From Monocercomonoides exilis PA203 (lineage: Eukaryota; Protista; Preaxostyla), in contig LSRY02000051.1 in assembly GCA_001643675.2 (NCBI GenBank), positions 62,001 through 126,000 of the forward strand: DNA of 64,000 nt. The letters are read 5' to 3'. Made by a program: the position numbers and the translations under genes. Below the pieces are notes generated by a model. The model saw only the letters and a list, made by a program, of their open reading frames with translations, was not told the DNA's origin and did not search any database. Below, piece after piece: positions 38,707-51,772 of the stretch. Each line of letters opens with the position of its first letter. Position 1 is the first letter of the stretch.

Positions 38707-41700
38707 GAGAAGTGTGTGCGTGACTGAGACAGGAAATGTTATTGTTGGTGCAACTGATCAGTTTCTGTTTCTGTCTGTTTACTCAACACACTTCACAAGT
38801 CTCTACAAGGACATCGCAAGAGAAGCACTCCGCACACTCTGCTGTTATTTTGTGGAGGATCAGATCTCTTCTGCCTCTTCTCATTCTTCATCTCTCTCTC
38901 TTGCTGCTATGCTTCCTTCTTCCTCCTCTTCCTCTCCTTCTCCCTCTCCTTCTCCTTCTTCTGCTTCTGCCTCTCTTCTTCAATCTCAGCAAAGACGGTC
39001 TCTTCCTCCTCAGCCACCCACTCCCATCCCTTCCCGCCCTGCTGGCACTCCGCCTTATCTCCTTTCAAACACATCCAACGATCCAGGCAGACCAATCTCC
39101 CCTTCATTCGCAGGTGCCCGTTCAACTGCCCCTTCAAACATGACTTCTTCCCACTCGTCTGTCCCATCGCCTTCTCTCTCTTCTTCTATCTACCCTTCCT
39201 CTTCATCATCTTCTTCTTCCTCTCCTCCACCCTCTCCTTCTTCTATCCCTTCTTTGTCTTCTTCTCAAGTGAAGTCAGCCTCCTTCCCCTTCTGTCTGAA
39301 TGGCATCGACCCTCCCGTCATTCTGCAGCTGGCACAGATAGACACCATTCCTGACGAAGACGAGCACAAAGAGGCAGAGTGGGTGAGAGGTGAAGGAGAG
39401 CGAGCAGCCAGACGGAGAAGTCGGATGGCACAGCAGCAGCAGCAGATGGCACAGGGAGAGAAAGGAGTGGCAGACTGGGGGATGAACGAGGACTCTGAGG
39501 CAGGTGCAGCAGATGCAGCCACGTTTCTGTTTCAGCTGCAGTCGAAATGCCTTCCATCGACCGTTCCCTTCCGCCTCTCGTTCTTTTTGGCATTTCTGAA
39601 TGAGTCGCTGTCTCAAACAGACGTCTCCACCAACATTGCCTACTGGCTGCATGTGCTTCTCCATCTGCTCCGCGCCCTCTTCCTCTGCCGCACTCCAAAT
39701 GCGAACTCTTTCCACCCTTCTCTCCAGCCAGCAACTGTCACCTTGCCTTCTTTTCCGTCTGTCTTCTCTTTCATCGGAAGCGTCCTCTCCACACCTGAAT
39801 ACAACCCATTCGCTGCAATGTCCCCGTCTTATCTTCCTCTCTTCAGGCAGAGTGTGAATGCTGCTTCTTCTGATTCTTCTGATTCTTCCTCTTCCTCTTC
39901 CTCTGCTTCTGTTTCTGCCACATCTTCTCCCATTCGTCCTGACGATGCAGTTGATGATGCTGATAAAGACAATCAGTCAACAGCATCGTCATCATCATCT
40001 TCTAATGCTCTTCCGTCTGATTCATCTGACAACCCAACTTCTCTTCTCTCCTCTCCCACCCTCACAATCACCCCATCTCCTCTCCACTCCACCCGCACCT
40101 CCTTCTTCGATCTTCCTCCTGTCTTCTTCTCTTCCTCTCCAAAGGATGCCTCCTCTTCCTTCTTCTCCCTCCTCTTCCTTCGCGAATGTGCTGTGTTTGT
40201 GCGCCGCTTGCTTGCTCTGCCGGAAATAAAAGCGTATGTTTCAATCTCTTTCCTCCGCTATTTCTTCGGCGCTGTGCTCGACACCTCTTCCGTCTGGCGC
40301 ACGATGAAGGATGCACAAGTGCTGGACTTGGAGAAGGAGGAGGAAGAGAGGAGAAAGCGAATTGTGGCTGAGAATCCGTTCTTCTTTGCGTCGTTTGTGA
40401 AGAGACAGGCTCTGATGAAAGGAGGGCAGGAGACGCTGGACAGAACAACAGGTGAATCTGACAGCTGTTCTGCTTCTTCCTCATCATCTTCTTCTTCTTC
40501 AGATGACAATCTTCTCTTTGGAATGTTCCCTCGCCCAGTAGCCAACGATGCCTCTGCTGTTGACTTCAGCTCCTATTCTGATTATCTCTCCATTCTCAAC
40601 TCGTCTTCCCTGGAGTCGATGCTTCATGTCCTCCGCCTCTCCTTCCTCTCTGCCTATCCTATCCTCTTCACCCTTCCCCCGTCTCCCTCGCAAGTGCTGC
40701 TCAAACCGTCTTCGACTGTCGGCTTTGAGACGCCTCAGCCACTCAGCCTCTCTCTCTTTCCTCTCCCTGTGACTGCCTCTCGGTCAAGGAAGACTGTCTT
40801 TGATGAGATTGTGAACATCGCCTTTCTGAAGGAGCGGAACAGCAAGGAAGGGATGATGATGCTGATGAACTTCATGTTCCTGGAGAACTTGTCCAAAAGC
40901 AGTGAGAAGACAGCCATGAAGAGCTATGCAGTGATGAAGTCGCTGGAGGCGATGCTGAAGATACGCTATTCTCTCAGACACGATGTGTCTGTGACTGTGA
41001 AAGGGTGTCTCTTTGTGATAGCGACGGCTGTGTCATCAAACCTGAAGCAGCTGAGGAAGGCAGCAATTGACGTGCTTTTGGTCTTTCTGCAAGGAGAAGA
41101 TGTTCTGTTGGATCCAGATCTGAAGGGGACAGAGTGGATGGTGGAGTGTCTGCAGGTGGCTGAGCCGACAATTCAGCATGCGACTGTTCTTGCGCTCCTG
41201 AGGCTGTCTCAGACACACCCGCCAGACAAATACTGGGCGCTGTGGGAGAAAGTGTTCACGACGCTGCTGAATGACAAGAGGATTGTGAAGTATTCAGACG
41301 TCGACAGGACGCTTTCTGCTGAGCTGCTCACTCTTTTTGCACAGACAGCGATGAACTACGAGACCATCCAGGCAGCCCTCCCGCAGATTTTGCCTCTGTT
41401 GGGGATACCCAACACCGCACTGCAGACGAGAGTGCTCGACATTTCGATTGCCATTGCGAGGCGAGGGCCCGTTGAGCGGATGTCTTTGGATGCGCTGAGG
41501 GGCATTGAGTGGGTGAGTGCAGGGCTGCGGTCAACGCCAGATGAGATCATCTTCCGCTCGTGCCAGTTCTTTGTGGTGTTTCTGTCGACAATCCACGCAA
41601 AGCCGTCGTCGAAGATGATGCGCACCACAACCAGTGGAAGGACGTTGGAGTACAACGGAGTGAAGTTCAACAGGGTGTGTGATATGCTGGCAGTGAAGAT

Positions 41701-44700
41701 GTATGGCTACACCTTCACTTCTCTCTTGAAGCTTCTTGACCCTTCCAACCACTCACAGCGGGTGACTGCGCTGACTGCTGCTTGTTTGTCCTGCTTTGCT
41801 GAATTGGGACTGGGAGTGAGGGATTTGCTGGCTCCAGCCTCTTCTATCACCCCTTCTGCCTCCAACACTCCTTCCTTCCGCATCCAAAACGTGCCTTATC
41901 TCCACAAACTTGTTCTCCTTCTTGCGTGGAATGCGCCTCCAGTGAATCTGACACAGCCCCCAACTCTTTCCAACACTCGCCAGGCGCCTTTCTCCTCAGC
42001 CCAGCCAACTCCCCCTGCCATCCACGCAGCACGTGCCATTGCACTGTTTGTGAAACAAGACAGACGAGTAGCCCATCTTGTTGCATCTGTCTCTGTTGTC
42101 CAGCTTCCCCCTCAGTCAAAATGCACCCCCTCGTTGTATGGTGCAGCATCTGCATTGGGCGTCAATCTTTCTTCATCTGCCACTCGTCTTCTCCCCCTGC
42201 CCCATCTCATCAACGCCCTTCTGCGTGAGCATGTCGGCTCTGAACTCGCCAGCGTCCTTCTGTTTGTGGCGAATGTGGCACACATTTCAGCGCTGTTCAG
42301 AGAGAAGCTTGCAGCTGCTGGTGTGTTCAACACCATCCTCCGCATTTTATCTGTCGGTGGTGCTGCTCTGTCGCTGAAGAAGAACAAAGGAAAGCTTCTT
42401 TCGCTGCCTTTGCGTTCTTCTTCATCACCTTCATTGAAAGAGAGTGAGAATGATGAAGGGAATGCAGTTGTGGATGCGCCGATGCCAGCAGAGGTGTTGC
42501 TGGCGATGAATGATGAAGACATGGAAGGATACGAAGAGAGAGACAGAATGCAGAGTGAGTCAGAGAAGAAGGAAGAGCTTGTGAGTGAAGAGGAAGATAT
42601 GAGGAGAGTGATGGAAGAGTCGCAGATGGACCCAACAGCAGCTGTTGCATCGTCGTCTGATCTGCCATCTGACATTTTGTTCTCTTCTTCTTCTTCGGCT
42701 TCAGCTTCCACTTCCTCTTCCTCTTTATCCTCATCATCAAGAATGCTTGAATCAAATATTGATGGCATCCCTGCTTCATCTGCTGCTATGCAGACAGCAT
42801 CAGCCACAGATCAGCCAGCAAAGCACACAATTGTGGACAATCTGCCTCCTCTTCCCACAGCCAAGTGGATTGAATACTACGCCATACGGGCACTGAGAGA
42901 GCTGACAGACGAGACGACACTGCCAGTGCTGATGAAGAGCAGAGCAGACAAGGCAGTTGTGGGAGAGCCACAGGGAATGGATGGAGAGGAAGGAGAGGAT
43001 GAAGACGATGAAGGTGAGATGGCGCTGTGGAATCCAAAAGTGGGTGGAAAAGAGTGGGCACACAAATGGCTGTTTGAGCGAACGATGAGAGACAGGTGTG
43101 CGATGATCCAGAGGGCAGGGAAGAAGTTCATTATGAAGGTGGCGCTGATCACATTTGCGAGGGCTGAGCGGAGGAAAGAGAAGAAGACGATTGCAAGACA
43201 ACACAAAAAGGCGATGACTTCCACACAACAAGCGAAACCATCGCTGACTGCATCTTCCTTTGAGATTATATCGTCTATTTTGGGTAAGACCATCACAAGT
43301 GAAATGAGATCGATTGCACAGCAGGTCAGAAACAAGGCTGAGAACGCCATCAGAGAAGCTACACGGACAAGTGTGTTATCATTTCTATTTTTTTATCTCT
43401 CCATTATTTATTATAATTATCATTATTTCTTTTATTGATCTGAATGTTCTGTCATCTATTTCCTTATCCCCTCAGCCCCATTCTCTGCCTCTCTGATCAC
43501 TCTTCTTCCAGTCGATCCAGGTCGCGAGTTCGTCTCCTCCTTCTCTTTCCCTCCTTCCTCCACTGCAATTGTTGTCACCGCCCCTCCTTCTCTTGTCGAC
43601 CTCGCCCAGAACTTCATCAACTGCCTGTCTGATTATGCTGGCACCTCCTCCTCCCTCGCCTCTTACTACACAAACATGACTGGCCAGCCGCCTGTCCACG
43701 TGTTCAACGAGGCAAGAAGAACAGTGTCTGCACATGTGGAAAGAGAGAATGTGTTGACTGAAGTGTTGAGGGTGTTGCTGAGTGGAGGAGAAGGGAAGAA
43801 GACACAGACAGCCACATATTCCTCGTGCTTTTCTTGTTCTGCCTCGTTTGTGGGCGATGGGCAGACGATGGCGACGAGAGAAGAAATCACAGCTGCCTTT
43901 CTGTCGATTCCTCAGTCAGTTCAGCTGATCTCCTCTCTCCTCAGCTCTCCTCTCTCTTCTCTGCCCTTCCGCACAGAACTCGCCAGACTCTTGTTTGTTC
44001 TCACAGAAAAATCTGACGAAGGACGAAAGGGAATCGACGAACTGACGCTGAATCTGATCTCATCTGGCACATTTGTCAGCCGATTGGACAACACAGCGTC
44101 TGCCACTTATCAGGCAGTGCATACCAAACCAATCAGCAACAGCAGGCTGTACATGTTGCTGTATGATGAACTCCACAAAAGCGACAATAGCAGAATCGCT
44201 ACCAACTCGTCGATTGCTCCTTCAACATCCTTCCTGTTCATCAAGCAGAATCCGGTGAATGCCCTCTCCCTCACTCCGCAACTGTCTCAGCTCCTCCGCT
44301 CGCTCAAGAACCATGCCACAGAAACACGCATCATCGGAGCCAACAGAGCAAAAGGCGCCTTCAAACAGACATCTGCCTCTGTTCCCCCGCCGACTCCAGA
44401 AACACTCTGCTTCTTGTTCCAGCTGATTGCACTGAACTTCGAAGCAGGGCGAGGCGTGTTTGTGAAGAACAAGTGCGATTTGGGTGGGAACCGCTTCTAT
44501 TCATACTCAGATAAGCTGGCACTGACAGTGAAGGTTTCTGCTGGCCTCTCGTTTGCAGACGCCATCACCCACTCACCACAGCCAAGTGGCTTTTCTGCTG
44601 GCTCCTTTTTGATTGCATTACATACAGTGCATGAACTGGGCAAGAGAGGATTCTCATTCGTGCAGGTGAGAGACGCCAAGCTCTTTCCTGTTTTCATCTC

Positions 44701-47700
44701 TTTGCTGCAACTTCCGATGGCTTCATCGTCTTCTTATTCTCTTTCTGCCTCTTCTTCTTCTTCTTCTTCTTCTTCTTTAGCTCCGTCTCTCTATTCTCCC
44801 TCCGAAGAGCGCTGCTTCCTCGCTGCCTCGTGCATCGGCCACTTCTGCTATGTCGATCCTGCAAATGCCAAGTTGTGTGCGCGCCATCCGTCTTTCTTTG
44901 TGAATGCGATGGAGCTGCTGGCGATCCCTGCTCTGCCTGAGACACGAATGCGCCCGTCCCGCTGTGTCCGCTTTGCTGTCCTGTTTGCATTGCATTCAGT
45001 GTGTGTGATGGACCCTGTTGCTCCTTCGCTGCTTCTGCAGGCTGTCCCTTCTGCATTCAACATCGTCGCCTCGTGTCTGTTTTCTGAGGCACAACACAGA
45101 AGAGCACTGGAAAGAATGGACGAAGAGAAAGAAGCTGAGCAAGGAGGGAAGAATTCATCATCGTCATCATCATCATCATCTTCTTCTTCTTCTTCTGCAA
45201 AAGCGAAGGCAAAGGCGTCTGCGTTGATCTCCTTCTCTGCCCCAGCCACGATGACTCCCTTAGGCAGAGTGTTTGCTCTGCACATTCTCTGCCTCCTTCT
45301 CGCTGCACAAGAACAGCTTTCTCAGAAAATGTCAACTGCTCTGGTTTCCGCTCAGAATGTGCCAATGCCTTTGTCTTCTTCTTTTTCTTCTTCCTCTCTC
45401 TCTTCTCTCTCTTTCACCGCTCCTATTTATTCTCCATCATCATCCGGCTCAGCCCTCTTCAGAAATTCGCAGCTGTTGACTTCTCCTCATCTGTCTGCCT
45501 TTTCGCTGCCCCGCACTCTTCACAGGACACTCACCATCACTTCTGAAGAGGAGCATTCGCTTGTTGCCTCTCTTCTCTCTTCTCAGGCTTCCCTCTTTAT
45601 CAACTTCGTGTTTGCGCATCATCTGCTCTTCCAGTCTACTCAATCTTTGTTCTCAGATACTTCCTCCTCCTCCTCCTCTTCATTCTCTTCTCAAATCCTT
45701 CCTTCTCCCTCTCCCTCTCTCCTTCGTGTGCAGCAGCTGACTTCTTTCTCTCCACTCCCTCCAAAATGGCCACGTGAGCCCATCGCCCGCTCCTCCTTCG
45801 TGTCTGAAGAGAAGTTTGGTGTGATGATGTCGCGTGTTGGCCTGACACAGCCCATCCCTCCGAAAGATATGCAGCTGCTGCCGCCGTATGACCCCAGAGT
45901 GAGCTATCCTGTCACATACGTCGTGACACCAGGGCAGATCGTGGGGCAGTATTCTCTGCTGAATGCCAGTCAGTACTCAGACTTCATTCAAAGGCACGCC
46001 ACGAATTTCAGAATGTTCACAGCATATTTGGAGAAGTGGACAGAAGCAGCTCGGATGATGAAGCAAGGCGGGGAGAGCGATATTGGCGCGTGGAATGTGT
46101 TGTACAGATTAGCACTGGACACCAAAAACAGCGAGGCGTTGAGAACACTTCTGGACATAGCTCAGCCACAGCCGCTGGGAGTGCAGGAGAGGAAAGGGGC
46201 GAGGAATGGGATAGATGTGATAGCGAATGTGCTGGCGACTGCTGGGGCGCCGCTGGAGATACTGACAGTGGCGTCGTATGTGATGGTGCACTATTGCGAG
46301 GGAGAAGGGAAGAAGGACTTCCATCGCGTGTACTTCGAAGGAGTCGAATATGAAACGAGAACAGATTGGTTTGATTGAGTTTAATTTTTATTTTATTTTT
46401 ATTTTATTTTTTAATCTAAAAATTATTTCATTCTTTTATAAACAACATGTATTAACTTTTTTGATTATCTTATCTTATTTTATTTGTCCCATTGTGTTTA
46501 GCCATCGAAGCAAAGTTGCCTCGTATTCGATGGTGAAGCTGATCAATCTTCTTTCCCTGCCTATTCCTGAGCTGCGTCTGAATGCGTCTCGCTGTCTCCT
46601 CCACTTGACTGATGCTGGCTATGGCATGAGGGACATTCTGGAAGATGGTGCATTGGCTACTCTGATGGACTCACTCGCACAGGACGATGACGAAACACTC
46701 GAAAACACACTCTGGGTGATTGCAAATGCTGCAAGAGAAGGTTTTGATATTTTTGATTTATTTTCTATTTAACTGATTATTATTCTTATTATTATTTGAT
46801 ACAATATTCTGTAATAATCATGTTATATTTGCTAAATGTTATGTGATCATTCATTTCATCAGATCCTCTTCTCCGCAATGCCTTCTGCGACAAAGGAACT
46901 GTGCGAGCCATTTTGAAGCTGTTGGCGCAGTTCACAAATACAACCACGAACTTCTATTCAACTCCCGATCGGCTGCGGAAGAAGGCGCTTATACCAGCTG
47001 CGACGTGTGCCCTATCCAATCTCCTCTACTCGCACTGCTCAAACACCCGGCTGTTCATCGCAGAGGGAGGCATTACGCTTCTTCTTGACCTTCTGCTGGC
47101 ACCTGCCTCGCCTGCTGCTCCTTCTCAGTGTCTGGTTGACATCTGCTCAGCCTTCTTCATCCTCTCCACGCTGTTCAACTGCTGCCACAGACTGGTTGAG
47201 TGCATGCCATACTTTGCTGCCTCTTCATCATCATCATCATCTTCTTCTTCTTCTTCTTCTTCAGTGGCAGAGGCTGATTTGCCATTGCGTGTCATCTTCC
47301 ATATTCTGTGCATTGCCTCGTCGTCTGCCCCGTCTGCTCCTCCGCTGGCTGCTTTTGGCAGCGATGCGGCAGCAGGGAAAGAGGAAGCAGAGGAAGAAGA
47401 GTCGAAAAGAAGAGAGACGATGCTGAAGAGATGCTGCGTGTGGCGCTGGGTGAAGAGCTGGTGGGAGTCTGTTGGGTGTGTGGGAGGGAAGGATGTGGAC
47501 TACGGATGGTGCAGAGAGTGGGAAGAGAAGGAGAAGGAGAAGATGACAAGCGAGTCGAAGGGGAAGGCAGCTGCAATGAAAAGGAAAGAGCGAATTCTTG
47601 CTGCTGCTAAAAGAACCAGAAAGGGGAAGCGCCAGGAAGAGAAAAGAGATGATGAAAGAGATGAAGAGAAGGGCGAAGCAGAAGAGGAGTTCAGTCTTTC

Positions 47701-48213
47701 GGAGTCAGGCGATGACTCGTTGGAGGAAGAGTTTGAAGGAGACGACGAGGTGGAGTATGAAAAGCGCATTGACGACGAGGAAGAGGAGAACAGTCTGAAG
47801 AGGCAGGGTTTGTATCGCCCTCTGAGTGGCTCGCGGAATGTGATGAATGTCAAGTCGTTCTTTGGAGTCGAAAGCGGAATTGTGGAGCTGGTTGTCCGCA
47901 TCCTCAGCAACACTTCGTTTGCTTCTCTGCTCAACAGCGGTATGGATTATGATAATAGATCGAGTGAGTTACTTCGAGTAAAATTTATGAATAAATGTGT
48001 TTTGAGATTTGCAATTAATTCAAATATTATTTTTTTTTTTAACTTTTTAATGAATGATATATGTTTCTTTGGTAAATGCTCTCCCTCTACTCCCATTTTT
48101 TGACATGTTTTGCAGACACCTTTACGTCGATTCCAAGCCCATGCGAGTCTGTTGGGTTCGAGCTGGAAGATGTGCGAAAGACGCGCAAGATGATATACGA
48201 TAGAATGCAATGA
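35565..48213 (+). CDS. Giant (~4000 aa) multi-exon protein: N-terminal FYVE-like zinc finger + ARM/HEAT-like helical repeats, Ser/Pro-rich insertions
   Basis: ORFs at 35541, 35942, 43676, 46350 and 46901 are linked by GT-AG introns. The Cys pattern is CPSC..CGICCRQICE/RC..CPTC. ARM-like segments include EKLAAAGVFNTILRIL, ILEDGALATLMDSL..ENTLWVIANAA and FIAEGGITLLLDLL. The last exon ends at TGA 48211-48213. Confidence 0.8.
38670..38703. repeat. (GA)n microsatellite encoding an RE dipeptide run
   Basis: agaaagagaaagagagagagag... lies within the 2498-aa ORF. Confidence 0.85.
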
Positions 48214-49211
48214 GCTTGGAAATTGTTTTCTCATTATTCGATAAGGAAAAGCTGCTCAAAATTCTTAAATTTAATTAAGCTTTAAAACTTTGGTTTTCAT
48301 TGAACACTTTTTAAAAGAATGATCAATTATTTTTGTAACATGAATTTTTGGTTTGTGAATTCATTAAATTGTTTTGGATTGAGATTCTCCGTCTTCATTT
48401 TTAAAAGGGTTTCATTAAAATATGAAAATCTGAAGAATTTTGAATTCATTTTTGTTTGTTTGCTTTAATATGTTTTTTTCATCGTGTTCTTCCTGTAATT
48501 TAGTTGCAAGCTGTTTGAAACGGAAGTTCCAATGAAGATAATTCACAAATCATTTCACATTCTTTTGAGGGAAAATAAATGAAATGCGAATATATATATT
48601 CAATTTTTGAACTTAAAAAAAAACAGAAAAATTTTTGTAACTTCTTGAGCACTCAGCAATATTTCAAACGCTTCAAAACTATATTAAGTGAATTCTAATC
48701 TAATTCAATACGATTCCAAGAAGGTGGACAAGTTCTTCAAATATGACAAGTAGAAAAGAAAAGCTTTTCACTAAAAATTAATTTCTTCTCTTCAAAAAAA
48801 TAAAATAAAACGCAGAATGAATTTGAATTATTTTAATCGATAAAAATATTATACGAATCATATAGAACTTGTAATAAATGTAAAATATTCATTACGTCAT
48901 GTTAACAACTTTATTTCTAGCTTTTTTAAAAAATAAATTATTCATCGATTTCTCCTTTTCTTTTTCATCTGGCAAAAACATATGTTGTTGAAAACAAGCT
49001 GTTTATATATTCTTTACGTTAAGTTTGAAGAATATCCTTTCATTTTTATGCTATTCTCTTTCAAAACAATTTATATTTATATCTTAAGGGTATTACTATA
49101 ATTTGTACAGACATTTCAAGTATGCCTTTCTTTTAATTAAAAATATGAGTGCTAAGGATTTTTAGCAACAGTTTAAAGATTCATTCTTTAGCTCTTTCCT
49201 AAGAAACTTTG

Positions 49212-50822
49212 ATGCTTCCTTTTGATGATGATACTGGCGACGAGGAAGATAGCGAAGTTGATTCATGGATAGAATGGTTTTGCTGTGCTCGAGGAAATGA
49301 GTTTTTCTGCCAAGTCGATAGAAGCTTTATTGAAAATGAATATAATCTTACTGGCCTTTCCGGAAAAGTGCCAAATTTCAATTTAGCTCTCAGCGAAATT
49401 CTTGACGATTCTATTTCAGAATCTGAAATTGATCTAAACAGTGATGACGCGAACAAAAACACATGCTCACTTTACATGTTAATTCATGCTCGGTATATAA
49501 CAACTCAACAAGGATTGAGGGCAATGGTGTGTTGCTTTCATTTGTTTTTATTTTGTTTTATTTAACTCATTGGCATGTTTTCCTTTCAGAAAAAAAAATA
49601 TGAGAATCTCGAATTTGGTACTTGTCCAAATGTGTTGTGCAACGGACACCCAGTTATTCCTGTAGGGAAAAGTTTTGAGTTGGATCAAGATACTGTAAAA
49701 GTATTCTGCCCATGCTGCGAAGAAATATATACTCCAACAAGAAAACGTCATTTTGATGTTGATGGAGCAGCTTTTGGACCATCTTTTGTTCACGTATTTT
49801 TACAACAATTTCCAAAATGTTTTTTGATCAATAGACCACCACCTGTTCATTTATCAATTTATGGATTTAAGATGTTTACGAGGTATCACTCTGATCTTCA
49901 GAAATTTCTTGCTGCGAAAATCTCCGAAAAAAGAAGGCAAAAGTGTATCGAAAGTGATGGAGAAGACAATGCGACAATGGACTGGACAGATGGAAGTGAA
50001 CATGCTTCAGAAACAATGGAAGAGAGAAAGATTAAAGCTGCAAGGAGATTGAAAAGAAGCGAAGAATCTCGATTGAAACAATTACGAGCATTGACAAACA
50101 AACGACTAAGTGGAAGAATTGTTCCTGATTCTTCGGACATGAAAATTATAAAGAAGTATTTGGGGAGTATTCCATTTCCACCGCTGCCGCGTGCCAGTTA
50201 TTTTCAGAAGAGTGAATCAGCAGATGTCATTGAAAGCGACAAAATGAAAGCCCATCAATATGAGCGAGGACTGGAGCAGGACAGTGGAGAAAAGGGAAGG
50301 AGGCGAGATGTGAAAGGAAGCGAAAGAAGAGAAGGAGGAGGCGGCTGGTCAGAGAGCGCCATCAGAATACTCCTCAATGGGCAGGAGCAGGAGGCACCAA
50401 TAACATTCGGCACTTCACTCGTACAGCACCCCATTCCATCATCTCAATATTCACCTTCATCTAAACCATCTTATTTTTCATCCTCATCTCCGTCTCATTC
50501 ATTTAGCAACTCAAAGCCACATCCTACATCGTCTTCGTCTCTCTCATATTCATCTTCTACTTCTGTTCCTCACTCTGAACCAACTGGTCACTTCGAATAT
50601 GGCCAGCCTTTTGCTCCATTGCATAGTTCATTTTCTTCACAATCGTGTTCACCTGCTGCTCTTCCCTCTCCTTTTGCCTCTCCTTCTCCATCACCAGTCA
50701 CTTCGTCCACTCCCTCAGCTTCTTCTTCAACAACTTCCATTTCATCAACTCATGTTTCATCATCATCATCTTCTTCTTCTTCTGTTTCAAATATTTCTCA
50801 TGCTTCTTTACAATCTTCTTGA
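49212..50822 (+). CDS. CSNK2B: Casein kinase II regulatory subunit beta with long C-terminal extension
   Basis: Motifs are SWIEWFC..GNEFFCQVD..YNLTGL, LYMLIHARYITT, the zinc finger FGTCPNVLC..FCPCCEEIY and DVDGAAFGPSF. The intron is 49527-49589. The start codon is uncertain. Confidence 0.95.
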
Positions 50823-51293
50823 AATCAAACAAGCTGCGTGAAGTTCTTTGTTTTTGAAAAAAGAAAAAATATATATGTTCACATTTTTTAAAGAGTTTTC
50901 TTCAACTTTTCTACTTCTAATCAACATTTATTAGCCAGTGTCGTATAAACGTTCAAGATTTCAATAATAATTTTTTTTAACCCACAACGAAATCAATATG
51001 TTGAATGTTAACAAATAGAAAAAACATAAAAAGAATAAAAGATTTCTTATAAATTGAACAAATTTTATTTATTGAAAGATAATAAAGAAGAGATGAAATG
51101 TTAGAAAAAATCATAATAAGTGATGTGTGGGGAATAAGTGTGAGAAATATGAGGAAAATTTAATTTGTTCAACACATTTGATAACAGGTGTTTTATTTAT
51201 CAAATAAAAAAAAAAGTGAAGTGATTTTGTTTTTATTTTAAGATAAAACAAAAATCGAATATTTTGATTTAATTTCTTTATCAACTCATCATA

Positions 51294-51671
51294 CAGAGCG
51301 CGCAAAAAATACCGGACAAGATCGACATCTCAATAACCCCAAGAGGAATAATTCTGATAACTTTCCTCAAAATATATCTCATTAATGCAAACTCATTTGC
51401 TATACAAAACTTTCAAAACTTCCTCGTTTGTGCTCAGAAAAATATTATGATTGAAATCTCAAAAATACTCAAAATCCTATTTTTCCGAAATTTCGATATA
51501 TATTTTCTCTGTGCACAAGTGAAGCTATTTTGAAAGTCTCATTTATCAAATGAATTTGTATTGACGAAATATATTTTGAAGAAAATTGTCAGAATTATTC
51601 CTCTTGTGGTTATCGTGAAATCGATCTTGTCCGGAATTTTGTGTGATATCCGGTATTTTATGCGATATCTG
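51294..51671. mobile_element. Tc1/mariner-type foldback MITE (378 bp)
   Basis: The ends read TA|cagagcgcgcaaaaaataccgga and tccggtattttatgcgatatctg|TA. The inverted arms extend ~150 bp (gacaagatcga..caagaggaataattctga). Confidence 0.88.
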
Positions 51672-51772
51672 TATTTTCAAACCTCTCATTCTAATTTAAA
51701 TGTGAAAAATAAGAATAAATCAATTTTTAATAACATTATAAAAAAATAGTGTGGATCAAAATACATAAAGTT

